Shown: positions 28,775 to 38,181, counted from the stretch's first letter. The stretch: DNA of 64,000 bases from Candidatus Thorarchaeota archaeon (GCA_019057475.1 DXJO01000010.1:1-64000), one strand, 5' to 3'. The notes: generated by a model from the sequence alone, not told the origin. A program made the numbers and translations.

Positions 28775-31700
28775 CTAGGATACCCGGATACTCCTGTCCC
28801 GCAGGGCTTGGACACAGCTCCTGATTATATCCCTCAGCATTGACTCATCAAGCTTCAGTTCGCCAAGGTCACTCCTCACCATCTCTGATACCTCATCACG
28901 GCTCAGGCGGCCCCACTCCTGCATTTTGTGAATCCATGACAAGACCGGGTACTCGTACTCATCTCCATGCGTGGAGTTCAAGACAACGTGCAACTGCTCA
29001 CCTCCGAAAGAAGCCCTGCTTACAGTCACTCTCTCAAATGTCAGGTCAGCTCTCTCTTCACTCACTCTAGCACCCTCAAGGGCGTCCTCAATCTTGCCTC
29101 GAATCGCCGCCGTCAACTTCCTGTCTGGTGTCATACTGTACCGTTTCAGGAGCCGTTCCATCCCTTTCCTCATGAACTCACGGGCATCATCTGGATCACC
29201 CAGTGCAAGCCCTCTCTTTTTCAGTTTCAGTGTCCGCTCCTCGCCGACACCTCTCAGACAGAGTCCTATCGTGACCTTGTTCGGTTCAATCATGAACGAT
29301 GGGTCCCAGTTGTCCGCAGCATCCAAGTAGGTTCCGGGGATAATCAACTTCTTGTCACCATGCAGCAGCTTCCTGAGATGCCACGACTCTTGGAGTTCTG
29401 CATACATCTCTTTCTTGAGGATGAGGTCAAAGGAGTGAGTCACCCATGATTCTCTCTCCTCTGACCAGTAGACAAGCTCGCGTGCGTTTGCCAGGGACAT
29501 CGCCAGAGAGTCAGTCATTCTGAACTCCCGTAGTTCTAGCACTTCAGGGGGCATGGGCTGGCGGCTATAGATCCTGAATCTCCAACAGGACCCGTGACTC
29601 ATGCCAGACTCGTTGGCCAGACGTTCCGGCTGACCAAGGGGAGGTTCGAACCTGAACAAGTAGTCAGAGTCCACATGGCTGCCCCTCTTACGTTCTCTTC
29701 TTATGTCTTCCAATGAGATGTATCTCAGGGGACAGGTCCAGGGGTCATGATACACCTCCAACTCGAGGTCCATATCACGTTCTGCCAACATGAGATCATC
29801 AGCAGTTTGTGGTAGAGCAAAGGCAAGCTGTCCAAATGGGTTCTTTCTCTCCACCCATGGCCTGATAACTGCGACATCGCTTGTATACTCGATATCTCTG
29901 AATCTGTTCCAGATGAGCCGCTCACTCTCCACCACTGCAGGCTCGCATTCGTAGTCAGGTCTTCGGAGCAGCTCCAACAGGTCTGCGGTCCTGTTCACCA
30001 GTAGCCGCAGAGGCTTCTGCTCATCTTCCACGGGTCGATTGTCCGAATCAGCAAAGACGATAGAGTACATGCTCTCGTCATGGTCCAGTGATACATGGCA
30101 TTTGACTGACCTACAGCCCTCAAGACCCCTGTCTACAATGAGCATTGCCACATCGATGGGGTCGTTGAGGTATGAGGGAAGCCGTCTCACATCGTGAGTT
30201 GGGATTGCCTCAAGCAGTGGTTCCTCTCGCATAGTGATTGTTCTGACTAGAGTCACATCCTCGATTCGACGGGTTGTATAGTCAACCCTCCCCACCGGGG
30301 ACCAGATACCTCTCTCGCCATCGAGTATCCATATGGCCTGCAGGTTTCTGTGTCTGGCTATCATGATTGGTGTCCCGGTCGTCCTTCGTGCGATGGCGGC
30401 ATGCTTGCTGAGCCTGCTGATGTCGCTCTCGCTCCAATACGTCTTCTCGGACACCAGTGCCTTGAGAAGAGCGGGTGGGGGTAATGTCGAATCCACGCCC
30501 CTAGACGTTAGCAGGGCGGCATTCATCTCCTGGCCACCGGGTCTACGCTGGAACACCAGCCATAACATGTCAGAGCTGGCATCACCAGATGTGGTCGGCA
30601 CAATGAGCTGTCCGAACCGCACATCACTCACAGAGTTCATTGTTTCAAGCGTTGCATTGAGCTGGGACACCCTTTGCCGCAGTCGTGGCAGGAGCTTCTG
30701 CCGGTCCAGTACGGAACTTCCTGTCGTGTGGCCCTTGGGATAGCTTGCTCTGAAACCGAGTCCCATCAGATGCCATGGTATGACATACTTCCACAGTGAC
30801 TCAAGGGAGTCTGTAAGTATCACCGACTGTCCACCTCCCAAGGCCGCAAGAATCAACAGGAAGAGATGATTTCCGGTAATCAGCAATAGATCCGGGTGTT
30901 TCATCTTAATCCTCTCGATGTGTCCTCGCTGGTTTGAGTCTAGCGACTTAGGCCCCTTGGATCGAACTGGCCAAAGTCGTTTCCATAGCGTCTTGCTGAG
31001 GTCGCTGGTTTCCAGCGTTTGACGGACTAATCTAAGCCTGTTCATCAGTTCATCACTGCTGACTGTTGAAACCTTTTCTTCCTCAATCTCCAGTGCATCT
31101 CCCATCCTCTGCAAGAGATCCTCCCAATCATCAGAACCCTTCTGAGTTCCTTGGAGAAATTCAATCGTGTTACTTAGTGCTCTCAGTTCCATCCAAGCTA
31201 TAGAGCGATTGCTCACAGTCCTGATTGAGAGGAGTGCTTCTGACGGGGGTTTCGTGGTCCTCTCTGGCGGCCTGACGCCGAGCTTCATTGTCCTGTATTC
31301 GCGTCTTTGGTCAATCTTCTCCATGGGCAGGAGCCGCTTGATTCTTCCATCCGAGTCGATTCTGTCCTTGTACTGATAGAACTTGAACCGAAGTCTATCA
31401 GGCAGTTCCGAGTCCTCTACAGGCACATCATCCAGATGTACTGACTCTATCTCGTAGCTTGCGTCAACCCTTTCCTTCTCAGGCAATTGCTGTGACCAGA
31501 AGTGTGGGACCAGTGTTATCGCGTCTCTTATGTCGCCATCCGTGTATGTTCCGGCATATTTCACTGAAGAAACCGTAGTACCAATTGAGTAGGTCTCTCT
31601 TTGCTGTCGTCGCCCTCCAGACCTGAAGTCTTCACCCCAATCCTTGAGAACTTCCACATTGATTAACTCAGTCTTCGAAGTTGTCTCGTCGTGACGCTCT

Positions 31701-34195
31701 ACAACCAAGACTCTGGTGTCATAGTCTGCAGAGGCTAGAGCGCCGAGTCTGCGGGGCGGCATTGGCAGATTCCATACTATCTCATCCACATACCTCTCCC
31801 AGTGAGTATTCCTGTAGAAGGGAGCGACGCATCGTGTCTCGTATAGAGCGTTGTTCTGCGCTAGCGGGACCGGGTGAGCGAACCAGACCACTTTGCATCC
31901 AACCGGGGTTTCTGAGATGAGTAACCTTGCAAACTCGTTGAGTGCCCCGAGGAGAGGATCAGGAGTCCCACGCCGCAGGAAATCCCAACCGGTGACTACA
32001 ATGATCGGTTTCCTGCTGTCTTTCAGTACAGGTTCTACCTTGGCCTTGAGTTCCTTCAGTGTGGCTCCTTCATGGAGATAGGCTCTGACCACCGAGGAAA
32101 GGTCTATCATCTGCACTCTCCTCCTGTAGAATCGTTTCACTGAAGCGCTGTGTCGGGAGAGTCTAAGGCGTTGCCGCGCAAGTACAGAATCTCCATATTC
32201 ACCCGTAAGGTCGAACCAGATCACGTCTCTGGCTCGGTTTCGTGCAAGGCTGTGAATGTACTGTAGTCCGTGCCACCGTGAAGCAATGACTGAGGCAGAC
32301 TGGGATGGTGACCCTCTTCCGCTCACCGAGAGGTAAAGGATGAACTCCTTCTCATCGTCCACGCGATTCTTGAACGGGTCAAATTGCTCCACATAATTAA
32401 TCGGCCGTACTTCAGATGCTGAGATAGTGCTAGACAGAACTTTCAGGACCATTCTCAGAGGTCGACCGCTTTCACTAGGTCGGAGAACATCTCCCATGGT
32501 AAGATCATTGTTCGAAGCTCTTTGATAGGCCTCAAGAATAAGGGGCGAAATTGCCTTCCTCATTTCTCCCCAGTCCTCCTTAGAGTCTACAACAATTACA
32601 GCCTTGAGAAGGTCTGTTGGTGCTAGAGTGTCCTTCCGCATTACGCTGCTATACTCAGATAGAATGGCATCACTGTAGGCTTGAAGTTGTGCCCTGTTAG
32701 CCTCTGAAACAGGACTCGCAATGACTCTGTCCCAGTTGTCCTCGGTCATCCTCCTTCGCTCAAGTACGAACTCATTGACGGTGTTCTCTTCGCTCTTGGA
32801 TTTGGTCTCGACACCGTAGATATCGACATCGAATGAACTCCTAGTCTTCAAATCGACGACCATGCAGGGTTCGTATACAATTACGACAGGACTATTATCA
32901 GCTCGGGAGAGAAACTTTCTTCGCATCAAAACTAGGTCTGCACGTCCTCTTCCACCAGCCACGTACAATTCTGAGGTCAGCAACATACCCGATGTATCAT
33001 ATGTCATCTCATCTCCGTGATAGACCACTGCACTGAGCTTGAACGGGCTTGGGAAGTACTTGGAAATGAAACGATGAAATCTGACACCGACTCGCCTGCT
33101 CTCCTCAGTGGCCTTCCTAAGCAGCTCTCTTGCATCATCCTCCGTGAGTTTTCCATTCATTATCAGACTCTTGACCTGCTCAATGGAGTCACCCCACTCG
33201 ATGATACCCTCCTTCTTGGAGCGCGCTATCATTCGATCGAAGAGGTTCTTGAGCTGGTCTTCAGCAGCAGTTTCAGATTCATCGACTAGAGCGCTGAATG
33301 AATAATGGAGATCATCCGATGGAACCCACTCTTCCGCGGCCTCCTCAATTTCTTCAGGCTCATCGAGAGAGATCTCATTCTTCGACGTATGCTTCTCCAA
33401 GGATTCCGCAATTTCAGAAGTTATGGACTGAGGCCGACCGTTTCTCGTTCCAAACTGAGCACGTATTCGGTCCACGACCGCTCTCAGTTCTTGAATCCCA
33501 CCTCGAATGAAGTTTGAACGACCAGTGTTTCTCTCAGTGTACACGTAGTCCATGAAGGGCAACAGCCTGTCGACGAGTTCATCAACGTACTTCATGGTCT
33601 TCCTCCGCGGGACACCGTATTTCAGACACTGTCTAACTAGTTCAACGAGATGAGAGCGAATCATGTCTCCAAAGTCCAGCTCAGGCAGATGATTATGTCT
33701 CAAAGGATAGATTGGTGTCTTTGCAGAACCCGGATAGCCAACTCCAAGTTTCCCATTGCCCAGGGTAATCACCCCCGGTCTAGGGAACTCGAAGCGTTCC
33801 TTCATGACATCTCTGATTCTACTCCCCGAATAGTCCCATAACTGGTTCAGGTACTCTTGGTTCCCCTCACTGCGTTTCGTACGCTTGGTTTCCCTGTTGC
33901 CGTACTTGACTGATGTCTTCAACATGATTCGGGAGAAGCTTCTTCGTATATCCTTCTCGACCTTGAGGAGCTTCCACGCATCAGGAGCACCATTCGTCAC
34001 CGTTTCTTTATACTCTTCTTTCGCTTCTCTCCAAATCTTTGCCATGCCTTTGATGCGATTACCCTGACCATGGTACAACGGATGTGCCTCCCCAGTGGCT
34101 CTGTCTTTGGCCAAGGCAAGAGTTGCTGACATTGCCATCTGAAAGGCTGTGGTAAGGACTTTTGCAGGATTCCGTGGATATGAAGGATTGCGCAT
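28775..34195 (-). CDS. Very large (1806 aa) protein with a RecB-family PD-(D/E)XK nuclease domain
   Basis: Long intact ORF. Motifs GVRFH, ELYV..GRGRADLV, VVDLKT and AQLQAY in RecB/Cas4-like order; the rest is not recognised. Confidence 0.75.
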   Translation of the reverse strand: MRNPSYPRNPAKVLTTAFQMAMSATLALAKDRATGEAHPLYHGQGNRIKGMAKIWREAKEEYKETVTNGAPDAWKLLKVEKDIRRSFSRIMLKTSVKYGNRETKRTKRSEGNQEYLNQLWDYSGSRIRDVMKERFEFPRPGVITLGNGKLGVGYPGSAKTPIYPLRHNHLPELDFGDMIRSHLVELVRQCLKYGVPRRKTMKYVDELVDRLLPFMDYVYTERNTGRSNFIRGGIQELRAVVDRIRAQFGTRNGRPQSITSEIAESLEKHTSKNEISLDEPEEIEEAAEEWVPSDDLHYSFSALVDESETAAEDQLKNLFDRMIARSKKEGIIEWGDSIEQVKSLIMNGKLTEDDARELLRKATEESRRVGVRFHRFISKYFPSPFKLSAVVYHGDEMTYDTSGMLLTSELYVAGGRGRADLVLMRRKFLSRADNSPVVIVYEPCMVVDLKTRSSFDVDIYGVETKSKSEENTVNEFVLERRRMTEDNWDRVIASPVSEANRAQLQAYSDAILSEYSSVMRKDTLAPTDLLKAVIVVDSKEDWGEMRKAISPLILEAYQRASNNDLTMGDVLRPSESGRPLRMVLKVLSSTISASEVRPINYVEQFDPFKNRVDDEKEFILYLSVSGRGSPSQSASVIASRWHGLQYIHSLARNRARDVIWFDLTGEYGDSVLARQRLRLSRHSASVKRFYRRRVQMIDLSSVVRAYLHEGATLKELKAKVEPVLKDSRKPIIVVTGWDFLRRGTPDPLLGALNEFARLLISETPVGCKVVWFAHPVPLAQNNALYETRCVAPFYRNTHWERYVDEIVWNLPMPPRRLGALASADYDTRVLVVERHDETTSKTELINVEVLKDWGEDFRSGGRRQQRETYSIGTTVSSVKYAGTYTDGDIRDAITLVPHFWSQQLPEKERVDASYEIESVHLDDVPVEDSELPDRLRFKFYQYKDRIDSDGRIKRLLPMEKIDQRREYRTMKLGVRPPERTTKPPSEALLSIRTVSNRSIAWMELRALSNTIEFLQGTQKGSDDWEDLLQRMGDALEIEEEKVSTVSSDELMNRLRLVRQTLETSDLSKTLWKRLWPVRSKGPKSLDSNQRGHIERIKMKHPDLLLITGNHLFLLILAALGGGQSVILTDSLESLWKYVIPWHLMGLGFRASYPKGHTTGSSVLDRQKLLPRLRQRVSQLNATLETMNSVSDVRFGQLIVPTTSGDASSDMLWLVFQRRPGGQEMNAALLTSRGVDSTLPPPALLKALVSEKTYWSESDISRLSKHAAIARRTTGTPIMIARHRNLQAIWILDGERGIWSPVGRVDYTTRRIEDVTLVRTITMREEPLLEAIPTHDVRRLPSYLNDPIDVAMLIVDRGLEGCRSVKCHVSLDHDESMYSIVFADSDNRPVEDEQKPLRLLVNRTADLLELLRRPDYECEPAVVESERLIWNRFRDIEYTSDVAVIRPWVERKNPFGQLAFALPQTADDLMLAERDMDLELEVYHDPWTCPLRYISLEDIRRERKRGSHVDSDYLFRFEPPLGQPERLANESGMSHGSCWRFRIYSRQPMPPEVLELREFRMTDSLAMSLANARELVYWSEERESWVTHSFDLILKKEMYAELQESWHLRKLLHGDKKLIIPGTYLDAADNWDPSFMIEPNKVTIGLCLRGVGEERTLKLKKRGLALGDPDDAREFMRKGMERLLKRYSMTPDRKLTAAIRGKIEDALEGARVSEERADLTFERVTVSRASFGGEQLHVVLNSTHGDEYEYPVLSWIHKMQEWGRLSRDEVSEMVRSDLGELKLDESMLRDIIRSCVQALRDRSIRVS

Positions 34196-34446
34196 TGAGA
34201 TGAATCATTGTACTAAATATATAAGAATTGTTACGGCTAAAGTGACCTATGCAATACTCAATTTAACCCAAACATTCAGAGGCTAAACGCGGTTTTGTTA
34301 ATATGACGGAAAGCAGTCTTAATAACCTTATATAGGTTCATTCTGTAAAAGAATACGAGTTCAAAACCCCTGTTCAATACAGGGATGGGAGTGAACTCAA
34401 CTGACCGAAACAGGTCAGAACTTTATATAGGAGAAGACGAAAGGCG

Positions 34447-36123
34447 ATGGCTCAGTCTAAAGGTGTCACAATCTCTGTCAAGGTACCCATCAAATGGGAT
34501 GCGATGACAGAGAGAACACAACAGCGGCTCAGGCAAATTGTGGGCCGGGACACCAGAGCAGTCCGTGCTTTCCTTGGTATTATTGAACAACACGAAGACA
34601 AATTGTTGACAGGTCGTAACAATGGTAGGATACGTGATGGTGAGCTCGACAAGCTCACGATGACCGCAATCAAGGTCAAAGCAGGATTCCTTCAGAGATT
34701 GACAGTCCCGCATGACCTCAAGGCTCAGTTTTCTAGAATGTCGCAGAACGAGCTGACAGAGTGTCGGCAGACTGCAGTTGCACTCTATGAGAGCTACCTC
34801 AAACTTCGCAGGAAGAAAGGAATGAAAGCCTCCCGTCCCTGCAAGATCAACTCGACTCAGAGGATTCCTAGGTGGGTGTTCAATCAGAGGTTCAAGCTCT
34901 TTGAGAAACGCACGACTGTTGCTAGATGGTGGTTGGACTTACGTGATTCTCTTGACTCTGTGCCGGAGGGAAGGAGAGTCCACGACAGGCTCTTGATCCC
35001 CCTGAAGATGTCACCCTTTCATCTCAACCAGATTGATAGAGGGGAAGTTAAGGCACTACAGGTTCTCATTGATCGAAATGGGAAGTGGTGGGTGACCTTT
35101 GCAGTTCGAGTTGACACACCAGAGCCACCAACTGACAGTCTACCTCTGGCTGTGCTTGGAATGGACCTTGGTATCGAAAAGTCTGCATGCACGACCCTTG
35201 TCACTCCCACGAAGGTCAGGGAGACCAGATACTTCGTTCAGAGGGACAAGGTGAAGGTGATCAAGAAGTATGACAGACAGGTGGCAGACCTTCAACATGA
35301 GATGGCATCGAGAAGAAATGACGGACTGCCTTACGACAAGGTTGCAGAGAAACTCAGAAGGCTCCGAACAAAGCGAGAGAACGTTGCACGAGAGTATGAC
35401 CGCGTTCTGGTACGACAGCTTGTGGACTACATCACCGAGCTCTCTGAGAGATACACCCTGTATGTTGCCATTGGTAGACTCAAGAACATCAGGGTCACTG
35501 CACGCAGAGGTAACTTCAGGGGTCGCAGGTTCAGGGGGATGATCCATTCCTGGGCTTTTGCGAGAATCACTGACAACCTCCAGCATGCATTGGCACAGCT
35601 CGGATGGTCTGTTAGTGGAAAGGATTCTCGTTTCCGAGTAGTTCCTGAGAACTGGACCTCTATCATGTGCTGGAAGTGCGGTCGCAAGGGAAGACGCCCC
35701 AGGCAGAACTACTTTGTGTGTCCAACCTGTGGAAACAGGTGCAACGCCGACAAGAACGGAGCCATCAACATCGCCGGACGCCTCATTACGCTCACGGGAT
35801 CACTTCATTCTGTGAGAGGACTAGGCAAGTGGGCTAATGCTGTTTCACGCAGCCAACGCTCACTCCCGAAAACCCGAGGGAAGGTCTCTTCTCAAGGGAG
35901 GTCCTTACTCTCCATGAAGAGTGGTGTATCGCACTCTGGAGAGTCCGCGGCTGTTCACCATGCTCAGACGAGTCTTCTCAGTTTCAGCGATGAATCTGGG
36001 ATGGGTGATAATGACCCCGCCGTGGTAGGAACTGTGAAGACCCTCTCTGTCGCCGGGAGTGATACCCCAGCATCAAGACAGGAGAAGGAAGCCAGGTCTG
36101 TAGGAGGGATACCATCCCGATGA
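34447..36123 (+). CDS. tnpB: TnpB/Cas12f-like RNA-guided RuvC nuclease with rearranged RuvC-II
   Basis: RuvC-I GMDLG (D240); canonical RuvC-II position AIGRL has G343; alternative Glu in VPENWTS (E401); Zn finger CWKC..CPTC; RuvC-III NADKNGAINI (D435). Confidence 0.88.
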   Translation: MAQSKGVTISVKVPIKWDAMTERTQQRLRQIVGRDTRAVRAFLGIIEQHEDKLLTGRNNGRIRDGELDKLTMTAIKVKAGFLQRLTVPHDLKAQFSRMSQNELTECRQTAVALYESYLKLRRKKGMKASRPCKINSTQRIPRWVFNQRFKLFEKRTTVARWWLDLRDSLDSVPEGRRVHDRLLIPLKMSPFHLNQIDRGEVKALQVLIDRNGKWWVTFAVRVDTPEPPTDSLPLAVLGMDLGIEKSACTTLVTPTKVRETRYFVQRDKVKVIKKYDRQVADLQHEMASRRNDGLPYDKVAEKLRRLRTKRENVAREYDRVLVRQLVDYITELSERYTLYVAIGRLKNIRVTARRGNFRGRRFRGMIHSWAFARITDNLQHALAQLGWSVSGKDSRFRVVPENWTSIMCWKCGRKGRRPRQNYFVCPTCGNRCNADKNGAINIAGRLITLTGSLHSVRGLGKWANAVSRSQRSLPKTRGKVSSQGRSLLSMKSGVSHSGESAAVHHAQTSLLSFSDESGMGDNDPAVVGTVKTLSVAGSDTPASRQEKEARSVGGIPSR

Positions 36124-36129
36124 TGATAG

Positions 36130-36250
36130 ACAAAGCCCCTGCTGACTCCAGACTCCGCCGGAGTGTGGAGGATGGCGACATCTGGCAGGGGAAGGGTGGA
36201 ACACAGGAGTCTCTTACAGTTGAGTGTCACTCACATGAAATGTAAGAAAC
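36130..36250 (+). ncRNA. Candidate omegaRNA scaffold / element right end of the TnpB locus
   Basis: Nested hairpin CCCCTGC..CTCCA..ACTCC/GGAGT..TGGAG..GCAGGGG, then a TCTTACA/TGTAAGA stem enclosing GAGTG-T-CACTC and a TCAC motif; directly 3' of tnpB, where omegaRNAs usually lie. Confidence 0.5.
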
Positions 36251-36324
36251 GGGTAATAATACAATGAGTGATATAATCGTGGGTCAATCTGTTCACCGAT
36301 TTGGCCAACGCAATGGTGTAGATA

Positions 36325-36897
36325 TTGGATAATCCGCAGATACGTGCTCTTCTTGAGATTAGAAAGGACTTGGAGGACCAACTGGAAGAGTTCAGAAGAA
36401 GAGTTGGAAAGATTGAGGAGATGATTGATGAGCTCGATTCAGTCATTGGCATGGGTAGCTTCTCCTCAGCCGACGCAGTTCTTGGAGAGAAAGACACCGC
36501 GGCCAAAGACGCGACCGAGGCTGCGGCTGATGACGTGCCTGAGGAGCCAAATACAATCGTAGTGTTGAACAAAGCTCGCGATCTCGAATTGGGTACGATG
36601 GAAATCATTGGTCCAGATGTTACGATTCTTCCGGCAGAGCACGCGCTGTACGATATCAAGCGGGGCGCCTTCGCTCGATTTTTTGTTGAGCGGATTCTGG
36701 GACAGTTTCAGAGAGAAGATAGACAGAAAGTCGAGAATGGCGAGCTCGAGTGGAGCGAGACATTTGAGTTCGAAGTTCACGCTGAGGATGGCATCCTTCT
36801 TCAGCTGGTCATAAAGAACTTCGGTTCAAGCAGTAGGCTTGAGGAGATACAGCGAACTCTTCGATGGGCTCTTGAGAAAACCTATCGTGCTAGATGA
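36325..36897 (+). CDS. Hypothetical protein with N-terminal coiled coil
   Basis: 190-aa ORF with protein-like composition; no family recognised. Confidence 0.7.
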   Translation: MDNPQIRALLEIRKDLEDQLEEFRRRVGKIEEMIDELDSVIGMGSFSSADAVLGEKDTAAKDATEAAADDVPEEPNTIVVLNKARDLELGTMEIIGPDVTILPAEHALYDIKRGAFARFFVERILGQFQREDRQKVENGELEWSETFEFEVHAEDGILLQLVIKNFGSSSRLEEIQRTLRWALEKTYRAR

Positions 36898-37004
36898 GGA
36901 TAAGGAAATCGCGCGAAAGCAACTCACCTCTGCTTCTTTAGCAAAAGAATATAACCCAACTCAATACTCATTTTCTCTACGGTCCAATTGAGCTTCTTCA
37001 CGGA

Positions 37005-37640
37005 GTGCACGAAACAGTGTCCCGCAGCGATGACGTAAGCCTCGTGGTCAATCCACAGATTGTTGTGAACCTTGTAATGGATGCACACGAATTCTTCTCA
37101 GAACACAAGGTTGACGAGCGATACGAATCAATGGCACTTGATCTTGTAAGGCGATATGTTTCCCAAGAGGGTATGCCGCGTGAGGTTGGTCCCTTCTTTG
37201 GGGCTGCTCTTTTCTTGGTGACACGTCATCCCTGGAGTCATCCCAACCCGCTGACTAAGACGGAGTTTTCAGCGAAGCTCCGGATGAAGGAGTCAAGCCT
37301 TGATTGGTACACTGAGAGCATAATCGAGAAGTTAGGTTTCGCCATTCTATACGACAAGAGTCAGCTTCCATTCTACGTCGATTCTCAGGGGACCATTGCA
37401 AGTGTCGTTAACTCTGTCGTAAGAACCACTGTGGGTGAGGAGGTCGTGCGCAGCATTGTTAGAGGCAGTGTTGTTTCTCCCAATGCGCTAGCTGAGCGAA
37501 TCGTTGACAGCCTCTGCAGTGTTGTGAAGATTATACCCGCCGCGTTCGAACAGGAATTACATAATCTTGTTCAACGGAAGATTGAGGATGAGAGCAAGCG
37601 ACTGCTCACCGAACTGGGCGGCCGATCAGCCAACACCTAG
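37005..37640 (+). CDS. Hypothetical protein with a TFIIB/cyclin-fold-like segment
   Basis: GAALFLVTRH..LTKTEFSAKLRMKESSLDWYTESIIEKL parallels the TFB repeat AAAIYVA..RTQREIAEVARVTEVTVRNRYKEIVAKL. Confidence 0.55.
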   Translation: MHETVSRSDDVSLVVNPQIVVNLVMDAHEFFSEHKVDERYESMALDLVRRYVSQEGMPREVGPFFGAALFLVTRHPWSHPNPLTKTEFSAKLRMKESSLDWYTESIIEKLGFAILYDKSQLPFYVDSQGTIASVVNSVVRTTVGEEVVRSIVRGSVVSPNALAERIVDSLCSVVKIIPAAFEQELHNLVQRKIEDESKRLLTELGGRSANT

Positions 37641-37939
37641 GTATTCTCTGGTTGCAGTGCCACTTCCTCAACAAACCGTTTGCCTGCCACTACTTGGTCG
37701 ATGGAGTGAATGACTGCACCTGCCTGCTCCAATATCTCCTTGATCACATCAAAACGGAGGTCGTCCCCCTCGATAGTGATTGCAATCGACTCGGTGCTCT
37801 GGTCAACTTCCTTCAACGATATATTCACACCCAAGACAGATTCGTCGCTAGCGACCATTATGGCCAAGTCTGTTAGTCTAGGTGTATGTGGTTTCAAAAC
37901 GTCAAGAACAATTCTTCTAATTCCAAATGCATGAGGCAA
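37637..37939 (-). CDS. DUF211 family protein
   Basis: IRRIVLDVLKPH.P and GAVIHSIDQV.AG motifs. Confidence 0.88.
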   Translation of the reverse strand: MPHAFGIRRIVLDVLKPHTPRLTDLAIMVASDESVLGVNISLKEVDQSTESIAITIEGDDLRFDVIKEILEQAGAVIHSIDQVVAGKRFVEEVALQPENT

Positions 37940-38181
37940 TTAGTTTTCTACCCCGCTAATGACCCTCGGGTCATGATTGTATGTCAAGCCGTTGCTAAGG
38001 AGTTGTTAAACCTTGCGAAGTCGGTCAATGTGTCATTTGTCTGAACACGTACATCGAGAAAAGCGCTAAATGGGGTTCGAGGGTGATGAACGCCCGAATG
38101 CTTATAATGCAGATGAGAGAATAAACATATGAGCCTCATCCAAGGCTTACGCCGGGAACCCTTTCAGGAAGGGACATTGAT

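Noticed and set aside
34196-36324. CRISPR array or cas genes next to the Cas12f-like gene
   Set aside because: No repeated repeat-spacer units on either side, and no cas1 or cas2 in the window.
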